From an uncultured Actinomycetota bacterium (GTDB taxonomy: Bacteria > Actinomycetota > Actinomycetes > Streptomycetales > Streptomycetaceae): DNA of 64,000 nucleotides. The position numbers and the translations under genes were made by a program. Below the pieces are notes generated by a model. The model did no database searches. It was not told the DNA's origin and saw nothing but the letters and a program-made list of their open reading frames with translations. Positions 19,479-34,123 of this stretch are shown piece after piece. Location of the stretch: positions 768,569-832,568 of the forward strand of contig CAVUQN010000004.1 in the NCBI GenBank assembly GCA_963743515.1, written 5' to 3'. Each line of letters starts with the position of its first letter. Positions within the stretch are counted from its first letter, which is position 1.

Positions 19479-21029
19479 CTACTCGATCACGGCTGGATTG
19501 GCCGCTGGCGTGGCGGCTTCCCAGGTTTCCTCGTCCTCGTGCAGCAGGCCCGAGCGACGGCCGCGGCGCCTACTCCCTGAGCCACCCATCCCTCCCATGC
19601 CAGCTCCCATACCCATGGGCATCGACTCGGTGCTGCCCCCACTGCCTGAGGCGGCCATGGCTTCTCCGCCCGTAGCAGGCTCGCCAGCCAGTCCTGCCCG
19701 AGCAGTTGACGATCCGGCCACAGCGGCATCGGTGCCGCCGCCAACGCTCGCTCCGCCCAGTCCGCCACTCTCGCTGAAGGTGCCACCGCCGGAGCCCGTC
19801 CCCGCATCCTCACCGATGGCTGCCGAGCCGAAGCGGCCACGGCTGGCTGCCGGCACCGAGGCCGAGCCACCGATTACCGAGCCGCCCTCGGCCCCTTGAG
19901 CTTCCGTGACCGTTCCCTCGGGTCCAGTGCTGGTCCGTGAGGAACCGCCGCCCAGTCCACCGACACCCGTGCTCGGCGAATCGGCTCTGCCGCCCGGTCC
20001 CGAGTTCCCGAGGCCACCCTCCCCCGCGCCGATCCCACCACCGGTGCTGACACTGGGCGGTGGAGTGGTGATGGCTCCGCCGATTCCGGTGGTGGCCCCC
20101 GCTCCACCTCCTACTGCAGCAGTACCGCCTCCGCCGGCCTTGGGAAAAGTGGGCGATGTCACGGGAGGATTCGCGCCTTGAAGCGTAGTAATAGCGCCTC
20201 CAGTGGAATGCCCATTACCCACCACGGGCGCCGGCACCGGCACGAAGGTGACGCCTCCGCCCGAGCCCACCTGGGTGGATCCTGCGGTCGACCCCTTCTT
20301 GGCTCCGGAAGCCGATCGCGAGCCACCGACCCCGCCATCCACCGACCCGGACCCGGAGTTCGCCCCGCCCTGGACCGGGAGGTTCGCACTTGTATTGATC
20401 CGTCCGCTCCCCTTTGGCGGCATCAGCGCAGCCGGTGTCGGAGGAAACGTCGGCACTATGGTTGAGCCAATCGTGGTGTACGCGGTCGAGTACGACCCGC
20501 CGAGCTTCTCCATCAGCGTGATGGCTTCCTGGTGGAGGCTGTCGATGTTCGCCTGTGCGGCCTTCGCCTGGCCCGCCGTGATCGCCCCGGGCGCAGGCGA
20601 ACTCGACAACGGCTCACCGTGGACTTTGAGGACGGGAGACGCGGGCGGCTGCTGCTGATACTTCGCCACCGTCGCCATGTCGGCTGTCGGCAGAGGAGGC
20701 ATCGATGACTTCACATTGGTCAGCGTCTCGCCGGCCATCTGAATATTGGCGGCCGTGGTGTTGGTGAAGTCGGCGAGCGTGTCCGTAGCCTGCACGACCT
20801 GATTGGCCCACCCCCGAAAGGAGTCGGCCGCGGAACCGGTCCACTCAAGGCCAGCGATGTTCTGGTGCAGATCATCTGCGAGCGACTGAATCTGGCTGCC
20901 TGCGATCAGCAACTGGTTTCCCACTGACAACACGGTATTCGGATCCGTGTTGTTGACGATGTCGAGGAGCTCCGCGTGCGACATGGACTCGAAGGACTGG
21001 TAGCCACCACTGTCACCTTGAACAAGCAC
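19479..21029 (-). CDS. PPE/WXG-like type VII secretion substrate with Gly/Pro-rich tail
   Basis: LEWTGSAADSF WxG motif in a helical N-terminus; low-complexity body; MPMGMGAG...EDEETW tail. Confidence 0.75.
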   Translation of the reverse strand: MLVQGDSGGYQSFESMSHAELLDIVNNTDPNTVLSVGNQLLIAGSQIQSLADDLHQNIAGLEWTGSAADSFRGWANQVVQATDTLADFTNTTAANIQMAGETLTNVKSSMPPLPTADMATVAKYQQQPPASPVLKVHGEPLSSSPAPGAITAGQAKAAQANIDSLHQEAITLMEKLGGSYSTAYTTIGSTIVPTFPPTPAALMPPKGSGRINTSANLPVQGGANSGSGSVDGGVGGSRSASGAKKGSTAGSTQVGSGGGVTFVPVPAPVVGNGHSTGGAITTLQGANPPVTSPTFPKAGGGGTAAVGGGAGATTGIGGAITTPPPSVSTGGGIGAGEGGLGNSGPGGRADSPSTGVGGLGGGSSRTSTGPEGTVTEAQGAEGGSVIGGSASVPAASRGRFGSAAIGEDAGTGSGGGTFSESGGLGGASVGGGTDAAVAGSSTARAGLAGEPATGGEAMAASGSGGSTESMPMGMGAGMGGMGGSGSRRRGRRSGLLHEDEETWEAATPAANPAVIE

Positions 21030-21040
21030 TTCTTCCCTCC

Positions 21041-21553
21041 TCAGGCTGATTCAGTGCTCTGCGCAAGTGCGCCATTGCCAGGATTCGAGGTCGTGGAAGT
21101 GCTCGCCCCCGTCTGAGAGGCTCCCGTGGAGCCCTGTTGACTGACCGTCTGATTCTGCTGCGAGGCGGGCGGCATGGCCGCCGTCGTCTGAGCCTGGATC
21201 GTCCACAACGTCGAGACCTGGGAGGCCTCGACGTTCTGGTAGCCGAGCTGCGAGACCTCAAGCGTGATGCTCATCGCATTGATCTGGTTGCTCAACGTCG
21301 TCGACAGCGTCTGCAACTGCTGGTGCACCTGCTGGTAACGCCCCAGCAGGTCGTCAGCCTCTGCGAAGCCGATCCCCAGGTCGGCCGAGCTCAGCTGCTG
21401 GGCGCTGATCTGCTTGGCGGCGGCCGGACTGGCGTCCAGCGATGCAAGCATGCCATCGACGCGATTCCGAAGGTTGGTCAACGTCTCGATCTCGACGCTA
21501 ACCGCACTCGGCGTGGCCGCGCTACCGCCGTCCGCCAGGTCTCGTTCCACCAT
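21041..21553 (-). CDS. PE/WXG100-like helical type VII secretion partner
   Basis: Helical Gln/Leu-rich protein with GYQNVE (YxxxE); GGGGGGAG RBS; directly upstream of the WxG protein. Confidence 0.65.
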   Translation of the reverse strand: MVERDLADGGSAATPSAVSVEIETLTNLRNRVDGMLASLDASPAAAKQISAQQLSSADLGIGFAEADDLLGRYQQVHQQLQTLSTTLSNQINAMSITLEVSQLGYQNVEASQVSTLWTIQAQTTAAMPPASQQNQTVSQQGSTGASQTGASTSTTSNPGNGALAQSTESA

Positions 21554-21623
21554 GACTCCCCCCGTGCACGGTTCTCACTCTGTGCACAGGAAAAGTTACC
21601 CCAACAGCACGACAATGCAAGCG

Positions 21624-23426
<1,803 letters not shown>

Positions 23427-23533
23427 GGGTGCTGTACTCCTGCTGGGGCTGGGGGACCTGCTCTGGCCTCCCAGCCTAGTCGGCGTCGGCGGTCGGACGT
23501 ACGGGCGGCCGGTTGCACCTACGGGCAGCCGTT

Positions 23534-23578
23534 CGGAACGCCACGCGGAACGCCTCTCGGAACGCCGCCCGGAACGGG
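23534..23578. repeat. CGGAACG(CC) direct repeat x4 with 12-bp period
   Basis: Copies at 23534, 23546, 23558 and 23570 in the ispE/ABC-F spacer. Confidence 0.75.
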
Positions 23579-23603
23579 CCGCGCCCCGGGGGCGGACCGG
23601 CCG

Positions 23604-24524
23604 TCAGATGACGGCGGCGCCGCCCACCGGACCCTCGGCGCTGCGGACGTCGCGGCAGGTGCCGGACGCCGTCAGGGCGTCGGCGACGGTCCGCGCCGAC
23701 TGCGGGTCCTTGGCCAGGAAGGCGCAGGTCGGTCCGGAGCCGGAGACCAGCGACCCGATGGCGCCCGCTTCGCCGCCCGCGCGCAGCGTCGCAGCGAGGG
23801 CGGGACGCAGCGAGAGTGCGGCCGGCTGGAGGTCGTTGCTGAGCGCGGCGCCGAGAGCGGCCGCATCGCCCTCGCGGAGTGCCGCCAGCAGGGCCGGGTC
23901 GGCGACCGGGGCGGGGACCTGGTGCTCGGCCGCGCCGGTGGTGAGTCCGCGCAGGCGGTCGCACTCGCCGTAGACGGCGGGCGTCGACAGTCCGCCGTCG
24001 GCGACCGCGAACACCCAGTGGAAGGTGCCGCCGACGGGTACGGGGGTGAGCAGTTCACCGCGCCCCTCCCCCAGGGCCACCCCGCCGAGCAGCGCGAAGG
24101 GCACGTCGCTGCCGAGCTCGGCGGCGATCCCGGCGAGTACCTCAGGGCTGGTCCGGGTCGCCCAGAGGGCGTCGCAGGCGACGAGGGCGGCGGCGGCGTC
24201 GGCGCTGCCACCGGCCATCCCGCCGGCGACCGGGATGTCCTTGGCGATGTGCAGCCGGACCGAGAAGTCGATGCCGTGGTGCGCCGCGAGCAGCCGGACG
24301 GCCTTGGCGGCGAGGTTGCTGCCGTCGGCGGGGACGTGGACGGCATCGGTCCCGGTCACGCTGACCGACAGCCGCTCGGCGGGGGCGACGGTGACCTCGT
24401 CGTAGAGTCCGACCGCGAAGAAGACCGAGGCCAGTCCGTGGAACCCGTCGGGCCGCCGTCCGCCGACGGCCAGTTGGACATTGACCTTGGCCGGGACCCG
24501 GACGGTGACAGACTGCGACGACAC
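23604..24524 (-). CDS. ispE: 4-diphosphocytidyl-2-C-methyl-D-erythritol kinase
   Basis: PAKVN, IPVAGGMAGGSADAA, LGSDVPF, SGSGPT. Confidence 0.95.
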   Translation of the reverse strand: MSSQSVTVRVPAKVNVQLAVGGRRPDGFHGLASVFFAVGLYDEVTVAPAERLSVSVTGTDAVHVPADGSNLAAKAVRLLAAHHGIDFSVRLHIAKDIPVAGGMAGGSADAAAALVACDALWATRTSPEVLAGIAAELGSDVPFALLGGVALGEGRGELLTPVPVGGTFHWVFAVADGGLSTPAVYGECDRLRGLTTGAAEHQVPAPVADPALLAALREGDAAALGAALSNDLQPAALSLRPALAATLRAGGEAGAIGSLVSGSGPTCAFLAKDPQSARTVADALTASGTCRDVRSAEGPVGGAAVI

Positions 24525-24610
24525 GAGTTGCTGCTCCCCTTGGTTGTGGAACTGCTGGTCCAACGCGGACGACCGCGGACGACCGCCGACGGCGGACGAC
24601 GGCGGACGAC

Positions 24611-25534
24611 TTATTCTGCCGCAGGCTGCGCGACGGTCCCCGCGATGGGCTTCGCCTCGGCGATGCGCGCGAACTGTTCGACCGTCAGGGTCTCGCCGCG
24701 GAGCCGGTAGTCGATGCCGGCGGCGGTCAGCGCCTCCTCGGCGGCGGCCGGGGAGCCGGCCCAGCCGGCGAGCGCGGCGCGGAGGGTCTTGCGGCGCTGC
24801 GCGAAGGCGGCGTCGACGACGGCGAAGACCTCCTGCCGGGTGGCCGTGCTCTCCGGCGGGTCGCGGCGGACCAGTGACACCAGGCCGGAGTCGACGTTGG
24901 GGGCGGGCCAGAAGACGTTGCGGCCGATCGCGCCCGCGCGCTTCACCTCGGCGTACCAGTTGGCCTTGACCGAGGGCACTCCGTAGACCTTGTTGCCGGG
25001 TCCGGCGGCGAGCCGGTCGGCGACCTCGGACTGCACCATGACGAGCGTGCGCTCGATCGTCGGGAAGTGCTCGAGCATGTGCAGCAGTACCGGCACCGCG
25101 ACGTTGTAGGGCAGGTTGGCGACCAGCGCGGTGGGCGGCGGGCCGGGAAGCTCGGTGACCTCCATGGCGTCGCCCTGGACCAGGGCGAAGCGGTCCGCGC
25201 GGGCCGGCAACCGGGCGGCGACGGTGGTCGGCAGGTGCTGGGCGAGCAGCGGGTCGATCTCGACCGCGGTGACCCGGTCGGCGACCTCCAGCAGTCCCAG
25301 CGTGAGCGAGCCCAGACCGGGGCCGACCTCGACCACGACGTCCGCCGCGGTGACGTCGGCGGCGCGGACGATCCGGCGGACGGTGTTGCCGTCGATGACG
25401 AAGTTCTGACCGCGCTGCTTGGTCGGACGCACGCCGATGGCCTCCGCGATGCTGCGGATGTCGGCGGCCCCGAGGAGCGGTCCGTCCGTGGAGGGCAGGT
25501 CGGCGCTCGGGGTGTCGTCAGTGCTGGTGCTCAC
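24611..25534 (-). CDS. rsmA: 16S rRNA dimethyladenosine transferase
   Basis: [32 protein letters not shown]. Confidence 0.96.
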   Translation of the reverse strand: MSTSTDDTPSADLPSTDGPLLGAADIRSIAEAIGVRPTKQRGQNFVIDGNTVRRIVRAADVTAADVVVEVGPGLGSLTLGLLEVADRVTAVEIDPLLAQHLPTTVAARLPARADRFALVQGDAMEVTELPGPPPTALVANLPYNVAVPVLLHMLEHFPTIERTLVMVQSEVADRLAAGPGNKVYGVPSVKANWYAEVKRAGAIGRNVFWPAPNVDSGLVSLVRRDPPESTATRQEVFAVVDAAFAQRRKTLRAALAGWAGSPAAAEEALTAAGIDYRLRGETLTVEQFARIAEAKPIAGTVAQPAAE

Positions 25535-25593
25535 CGCGCAAGCTTACTCACCCCGCCCCGGGGACGCGTCCGCGCGCGACCGCCCCGGCCCCG

Positions 25594-26550
25594 CTATCCG
25601 CCGGCGCGGGGGCCGCAGCTCGGCCAGGGCGCGGCGCCCCGGCGCTGGTACAGCTCGCGGGCGCGGGCGGTCTGCTCGCCGGAGGAGGCGTCCTGGGGGC
25701 GGCCTTGGCCGCCGAGGCTGTGCCAGGTGCCGGAGTCGAACTGGTAGAGGCCGCCGTAGCGTCCGCTGGGGTCGACCGCGTGCGGATTGCCGCCGGCCTC
25801 GCAGCGGGCCAGGACGGACCAGTTCATCCCGCCGGTGGCGTGCAGGGTGTCAGACACGGACCGCCGGTGCGAGTGGGAGCGGCTCTCGCCCGGGCGCCGG
25901 TGCGAGGAGCGCCCGGAGTCCGCCGGACGGAGGTGCGAGGCGTGGCGCCCGGCGGCCGGACCGGCAGCCGCGGATCCGGTGCCGGTCGCGGCTCCGGGGC
26001 CGGCCGGCGCGGGGGCCGGGGCCGCCGCAGGAGCGGGGACGAGCACGGGGAAGGGGACCAGCACCCGGGCCGTGCCGGCGACCGCGGTGACCTCGCCGCC
26101 CGCGCTGCTGCCGACCGCGCTGCCGCCGACCTCCGTGACGACGGTCCGGGCCTCGGTCCCGGCCGCGGCCACCAGCTCCGGCGGCGCGGGCAGCGGCGGA
26201 AGCGCTCGGGACATCGCGACCGGACGGAGCGCCGTCACCGCGTCGACCGGCGCGCTTCGGCGCGTGTGGCTGCCGGACAAGCCCCAGGTGCCGGCCGTCG
26301 ACGACTGCCGCGGCACCCAGTCCGGGTCTACCGCGCGGTCCAGCCGCTCGTGCCCCGGTCGCCGGCCCCCGCCCGGGTGGTCCTGCGGACCGCTGCCGAC
26401 CTGGTGTTCCTGGGTGACGAACGCGCTCGTCCCGCCCAGGAGGAGGGCGAGTACCAGTGCGCGTGGCAGTGCCCGCTGCGTTCCTGCTGAGACGTTCAAC
26501 CTGACCCTTCCGCCGACCGACTTGGACCCTGCGGAAGTCCTAACGATCAC
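25594..26550 (-). CDS. Resuscitation-promoting factor (Rpf) lytic transglycosylase
   Basis: C-terminal NWSVLARCEAGGN...YGGLYQF...APWPSCG; sits in the tatD-rpf-rsmA position; start uncertain. Confidence 0.8.
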   Translation of the reverse strand: MIVRTSAGSKSVGGRVRLNVSAGTQRALPRALVLALLLGGTSAFVTQEHQVGSGPQDHPGGGRRPGHERLDRAVDPDWVPRQSSTAGTWGLSGSHTRRSAPVDAVTALRPVAMSRALPPLPAPPELVAAAGTEARTVVTEVGGSAVGSSAGGEVTAVAGTARVLVPFPVLVPAPAAAPAPAPAGPGAATGTGSAAAGPAAGRHASHLRPADSGRSSHRRPGESRSHSHRRSVSDTLHATGGMNWSVLARCEAGGNPHAVDPSGRYGGLYQFDSGTWHSLGGQGRPQDASSGEQTARARELYQRRGAAPWPSCGPRAGG

Positions 26551-26654
26551 CCTGTTTCCCGGTCACCGTCGTTCACCGTTCCGTCACCACGCGCACCACT
26601 CGCACCACGCACATCCCGCGCCCGGCAGCGGAACGGGTCCGGTCCCGGGCGCGC

Positions 26655-29332
<2,678 letters not shown>

Positions 29333-29412
29333 GGTGCCGAATCCTAGCCGCCGCACCCCGCCCGCCTCGAATCCGTTTCGGACCGGGCGGGCGGGGTGCG
29401 GGGCCGGGAGGC

Positions 29413-30027
29413 TCAGGGCTCGGGCGTGGTGTGCCGACGACGGAGCGAGAAGTGGAAGGGGAGATGGATGCGCCTGCGGCCCCTGGCCCGGGGGCGGGCC
29501 TGGGCGGCGGCGGCCTGGTCGGCCGCTGCCTGCACGGCGACGGTCTCGGTACCGGTCCCGACGTCGGCGGTGGTCGTGGCAGAGGCTGCGGCCGGCGCGG
29601 AGGCGGCGGTCGGCAGCGGTGCGGCGGCCTCGGTCTCGGTGGCGTTGGCAGGTCGTGCGGGCTCGGCGGCCTTCGTCGGTCGGGCAGCGTACGGGGCGTG
29701 CCAGTAGGCGGTGGCCTCGGACACCCGGCCGGCGCGCAGGATGCGCACATGCGCACCGCCGCACCCGGGGCAGCTCGGCCTGCTCAACGGCGAGGGAACG
29801 GGGACCCCGTTCGCCCGGTACGTCACCAGGGGCTGGCCCTGGTAGTCGGTGCGGTGCTCGATCTCGTATGCCTGTTCCCAACCGAAGCCGCAGTTGAGGC
29901 AGGCGAAGGCATAGGCCTCGTGGACGGTCGCGGTGACGGTCGAGTTGGCGACCCGCTTCGTGTCCGGGGTCGTGACCGCCGTCGCGGTCGTGCTCGTGAG
30001 GTCTGGGTCACCGAGGTATTCGCTCAT
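29413..30027 (-). CDS. Hypothetical Zn-ribbon protein
   Basis: VHEAYAFACLNCGFGWEQAYEI...CPGCGG, two CxxC pairs, Ala-rich tail. Confidence 0.75.
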   Translation of the reverse strand: MSEYLGDPDLTSTTATAVTTPDTKRVANSTVTATVHEAYAFACLNCGFGWEQAYEIEHRTDYQGQPLVTYRANGVPVPSPLSRPSCPGCGGAHVRILRAGRVSEATAYWHAPYAARPTKAAEPARPANATETEAAAPLPTAASAPAAASATTTADVGTGTETVAVQAAADQAAAAQARPRARGRRRIHLPFHFSLRRRHTTPEP

Positions 30028-30251
30028 GCCGGTCTCCCGTGGTACCCGAGCGGGAATTTCTCGCTCTCCCCGAGCATCCCCCTTCCAGGGCGTCCGGATT
30101 CGATCTCGGAGCATTCTTGGAAGAGAGTTGTGCCTTCCATGGTAATCGCGCTACCTGAGCGAGGGTATTTCTTGGGAAGCTTTTTATGCGTTTCTCAGTG
30201 ATACGCGCCGTGCGTGCGCCCACAGGTGTGCGGTGCGCCCCGGGCGCGGGG

Positions 30252-31145
30252 CTACTCGACCACCTTTGCCGGACCCGCCTTTGTCGCACCCGCCGCGGCC
30301 TTCGCCTCGTTCTTGGCGGCCACCACGGCGTCGAACACCTCGCGCTTGGGCAGCCCGGTGTCGGCCGCCACCGCGGCGATGGCCTCCTTGCGCCGCTCCC
30401 CCGCGTCCTCCCGCACGGCGACCCTGCGGGCCAGCTCGGCCGGGTCCAGCCCGCCCGGGTCGGCCGGCGGCGCACCCTGGACGACGACGGTGATCTCGCC
30501 GCGCACGCCGTCCGCCGCCCAGACCGCGAGTTCGGCCAGCGGACCGCGCTTGACCTCCTCATAGGTCTTGGTCAGCTCCCGGCAGACGGCCGCGGGCCGG
30601 GCCGCGCCGAAGACCTCGGCCATGGCGGCCAGCGAGTCCTCGATCCGGTGCGGGGACTCGAAGAAGACCATGGTGCGCGGCTCGGCCACCAGCTCACGCA
30701 GCCGCGAGGAACGCTCGCCGCCCTTGCGCGGCAGGAATCCCTCGAAGCAGAACCGGTCGACCGGCAGTCCGGACAGCGCCAGCGCGGTCAGCACCGCCGA
30801 GGGGCCGGGCACGGCGGTGATCCGGATGCCCTGCTCCACCGCCGCCGCGACCAGTCGGTAGCCGGGGTCGGAGACGGAGGGCATCCCGGCGTCGGTGACC
30901 AGCAGCACCCGGGCCCCGCCCAGCAGCGCCTCTACCAGCTCGGGGGTGCGGCCGACCTCGTTGCCCTCGAAGTAGGAGACGACCCGGCCGGCCGGGGCGA
31001 CGCCCAGGGCATTGGCGAGGCGCCACATCCGCCGGGTGTCCTCGGCCGCGACGACATCGGCGGCGGCGAGCTCGGCCGCAAGCCGCGGGGGTGCGTCCTC
31101 GACGTCGCCGATGGGGGTTCCTGCAAGAATGAGTAGACCTGTCAC
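30252..31145 (-). CDS. rsmI: 16S rRNA C1402 2'-O-methyltransferase
   Basis: TPIG, AEDTR, DAGMPSVSDPG, FEGFLP, ESPHR, RELTK. Confidence 0.95.
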   Translation of the reverse strand: MTGLLILAGTPIGDVEDAPPRLAAELAAADVVAAEDTRRMWRLANALGVAPAGRVVSYFEGNEVGRTPELVEALLGGARVLLVTDAGMPSVSDPGYRLVAAAVEQGIRITAVPGPSAVLTALALSGLPVDRFCFEGFLPRKGGERSSRLRELVAEPRTMVFFESPHRIEDSLAAMAEVFGAARPAAVCRELTKTYEEVKRGPLAELAVWAADGVRGEITVVVQGAPPADPGGLDPAELARRVAVREDAGERRKEAIAAVAADTGLPKREVFDAVVAAKNEAKAAAGATKAGPAKVVE

Positions 31146-31211
31146 CTGCTCATCCTCCCAGTATGGCGAGGTACCGGTACCGCATACAGGGTTCACCCCT
31201 ACGATGCACGC

Positions 31212-33086
31212 GTGAGCGGTAACGAGGCGACAGGGACTGCGCCCAACGACGACGAGTTGCACGGCGGGTCGACGCTGACCGGAATCCCGTTGGAGGACGG
31301 CCCGGCCGGCGGCTCTGCCAACGGTCCGACGGGGGCGAGCCGCCGGGCGGCCTGGCCGCTGAGCGCATGGCAACGGCGGCTGGGCAGACTGGGCTACGAG
31401 GCACGCAGCCGTACCCCCCTGCGCCACCGCCTCGTGCCGCCGATGCCGGACGGGCGGGACATCTCCACGGGGACCGCCTCCCCGGTCCTGGAGTGGCTGG
31501 GGCTGCGGATCCCGGACCGGCTGTGGACCTGGCTGTGCCGCTGGTCCGGGTGGCTGGGTCCGCTGGCGCTGATGCTCTTCAGCGGCATCCTGATCTTCAC
31601 CCACCTCAGCACGCCGCACGACATCATCTTCGACGAGACGTACTACGCCAAGGACTCCTGGGCCCTGTGGCACTACGGCTACGAGGTGAACTGGCCGGAC
31701 AATGCCAACCAGCTGATCCTGCAGAGCCACCAGGTCATCCCCAAGCCGAGCGGCCCCGAGTTCATCGCGCACCCGCCGGCCGGCAAGTGGGTCATCGGCA
31801 TCGGCGAGATGATCTTCGGGCTGACGCCCTTCGGCTGGCGCTTCAGCGTGGCCGTTCTCGGCACCCTCGCCGTACTGATCGTCGCCCGGATCGGCCGCCG
31901 GCTGTTCCGCTCGACGCTGCTCGGCTGCGTCGCCGGGCTGATGATGGCCGTCGACGGCATGCACCTGGTGATGAGCCGCACCGGCCTGCTCGACCAGATG
32001 GTGATGTTCTGGGCGCTCAGCGCCTTCGGCCTGCTGCTGATCGACCGGGACCGCAGCCGGGCCCGGCTCGCCGACGCCGTCGGCGCGACCGTCGACCACC
32101 CGGACGCCGCGCCCGACAACGAACTGGCGACCGCGGCGCGGCTGGGCTGGCGCCCGTTCCGGCTGCTGGCCGGGGTCTGCCTGGGCCTGTGCTGCGCGAC
32201 CAAGTGGAACGGGCTCGACTTCCTCGCCGCCTTCGCGATCATGTCGGTGCTCTGGGACGCCGCCGCCCGCAAGACGGCCGGCGCCCGCCACCCGTACTGG
32301 ACCGCGCTCAAGCACGACGTGCCGTTCGCGTTCCTGTCCACCGTGGTCGTCGCCTTCTTCACCTACCTGGCGTCCTGGTCCGGCTGGCTGTTCACCAGCG
32401 GCGGCTACGACCGGCACTGGGCCGACCACCGCGCCGGGCTCTCCGCCGCCAACTGGGGCCCGATCCCGCTGCCGCAGGTGGACATGAGCTGGGTGCCCGC
32501 GCCGCTGCGCAGCCTCTGGCACTACCACTCGGAGATCTGGAACTTCAACACCACGCTGACCACCCCGCACACCTACATGTCCAACCCGTGGAGCTGGCTG
32601 GTCAACGGGCGGCCGGTGTCGTTCTACTACCCGAACAACCTCAAGCCCTCGCAGTGCGGCGGCGCGGCCCAGTGCTCCAGCGAGGTGCTGGCCATAGGGA
32701 CCCCGCTGCTCTGGTGGGCGGCCTGCTTCGCGATCGTCTACGCCCTCTACCGCTGGATCATGCTGCGGGACTGGCGGGCGGCGGCGATCCTCTGCGGCAT
32801 CGCGGCCGGCTACCTGCCCTGGTTCCAGTGGCAGCAGCGGACCATCTTCATCTTCTACTCCATCGACTTCGAGCCCTTCCTCTGCCTGGCCCTCGCCCTG
32901 ATGATCGGCGGAATGCTGGGCAAGGCGGCGGCCTCGCGCGAACGAAGGCTCTGGGGCGGGGTGGCCGCCGGGACCCTGGTGGTCTCGATCATGGCCTGCT
33001 TCGCCTACTTCCTGCCGATCTACACCGCCGAGATCACCACCTACGCCCAGTGGCAGGCCCGGATGTGGTGGAACACCTGGATCTGA
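31212..33086 (+). CDS. pmt: Protein O-mannosyltransferase (GT39)
   Basis: FDETYY, HPPAGK, GWRF, TKWNG, HTYMSNPWSW; many TM helices; divergent from rsmI. Confidence 0.92.
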   Translation: MSGNEATGTAPNDDELHGGSTLTGIPLEDGPAGGSANGPTGASRRAAWPLSAWQRRLGRLGYEARSRTPLRHRLVPPMPDGRDISTGTASPVLEWLGLRIPDRLWTWLCRWSGWLGPLALMLFSGILIFTHLSTPHDIIFDETYYAKDSWALWHYGYEVNWPDNANQLILQSHQVIPKPSGPEFIAHPPAGKWVIGIGEMIFGLTPFGWRFSVAVLGTLAVLIVARIGRRLFRSTLLGCVAGLMMAVDGMHLVMSRTGLLDQMVMFWALSAFGLLLIDRDRSRARLADAVGATVDHPDAAPDNELATAARLGWRPFRLLAGVCLGLCCATKWNGLDFLAAFAIMSVLWDAAARKTAGARHPYWTALKHDVPFAFLSTVVVAFFTYLASWSGWLFTSGGYDRHWADHRAGLSAANWGPIPLPQVDMSWVPAPLRSLWHYHSEIWNFNTTLTTPHTYMSNPWSWLVNGRPVSFYYPNNLKPSQCGGAAQCSSEVLAIGTPLLWWAACFAIVYALYRWIMLRDWRAAAILCGIAAGYLPWFQWQQRTIFIFYSIDFEPFLCLALALMIGGMLGKAAASRERRLWGGVAAGTLVVSIMACFAYFLPIYTAEITTYAQWQARMWWNTWI

Positions 33087-33095
33087 ATCCGGCGC

Positions 33096-33947
33096 TCAGT
33101 CGGCGGCGGCGGGCTTGGCGGCGCGGACCGAGTAGATCATCGGGACGCGCGGCTGCCCCTGCGGGAGCCGGTGCACGGTGGCGCCGTCCTCGGTGACGAC
33201 CTCCAGCACCGGGAACCGCGGGAACAGCGTGAAGTCGTGCTCGTGCACGAACTCCAGCCGCAGGCCGGCTGCGGCGATGGCGCTGAGGACCTCACCCAGC
33301 CCGTGCTGCCACTCCACCGAGACGGTGGCGCCCAGCTCCGACGAGCCCGGAGCGGGCTCCCCGTCCGTGTAGGTGCCGGGTTCGTCCCAGACGGTCGGCT
33401 CCCGCCGGAAGTAGTCCTGGACGACCGTCCGGCCGTCCTCGTCCAGGATGTCCGCCACCGGGTGGAACTCGGCCAGATAGAGGAAGCCCCCGGGCGCGAC
33501 CAGCGCGGCGGCGGTCTCGGCCCAGCGGGTCAGGTCGGGCAGCCAGCAGAGCGCACCGAGACCGGTGTAGACGATGTCGAAGACCTCGCCCGGCAGCGTC
33601 GGCACCGCGTCGAAGACGTCGGCGACGACGAAGCGCGCGTCCTCGACGCCGACCGTACGCGCCAGCTCGCGCGCGGCCGCGACCGCCGGTGCCGAGAAGT
33701 CCAGCCCGGTGACGGTGGCCCCGCGCCGGGCCCAGGCCAGGGTGTCCTGGCCGAAGTGGCACTGGAGGTGCAGCAGCGTCCGGCCGGTGACGTCGCCGAC
33801 CTCGGCGAGCTCGAACGGGCGCAGCACCTCCGCGCCCGCGACGAAGCCGGGCACGTCGTAGAACGCGCTCCGGGCGTGCACGGCCACCCGGCCGTCCCAC
33901 AGGGTCCGGTTGAGCTCCAGCCAGTCGGCGCTGTCGGGGTTGGTCAT
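33096..33947 (-). CDS. Class I SAM-dependent methyltransferase
   Basis: LHLQCHFG, GLDFS, GALCWLPDL, EFHP. Confidence 0.88.
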   Translation of the reverse strand: MTNPDSADWLELNRTLWDGRVAVHARSAFYDVPGFVAGAEVLRPFELAEVGDVTGRTLLHLQCHFGQDTLAWARRGATVTGLDFSAPAVAAARELARTVGVEDARFVVADVFDAVPTLPGEVFDIVYTGLGALCWLPDLTRWAETAAALVAPGGFLYLAEFHPVADILDEDGRTVVQDYFRREPTVWDEPGTYTDGEPAPGSSELGATVSVEWQHGLGEVLSAIAAAGLRLEFVHEHDFTLFPRFPVLEVVTEDGATVHRLPQGQPRVPMIYSVRAAKPAAAD

Positions 33948-34123
33948 GCCGGCGAGGCTAACCGGGGCGCCCGCCGGAGTCGACCGGATTTCGGCACGGC
34001 GGCCGAGATGTCTGATGGATCCCCATTCCCGGTCACAATCTCCGCACCAGTCCCAGGACTTGCGCCCTGGGTCGAGGGACGCACACTTACCATCGGCTGA
34101 GAGGGACTACACAGGGGGAAGAC

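Noticed and set aside
13666-21600. tRNA-Thr as integration site of the T7SS island
   Set aside because: The island lies on the 5' side of the tRNA, and I saw no integrase or duplicated tRNA 3' end
24565-24610. GCGGACGAC repeats between rsmA and ispE
   Set aside because: Short irregular minisatellite of a kind common in these genomes
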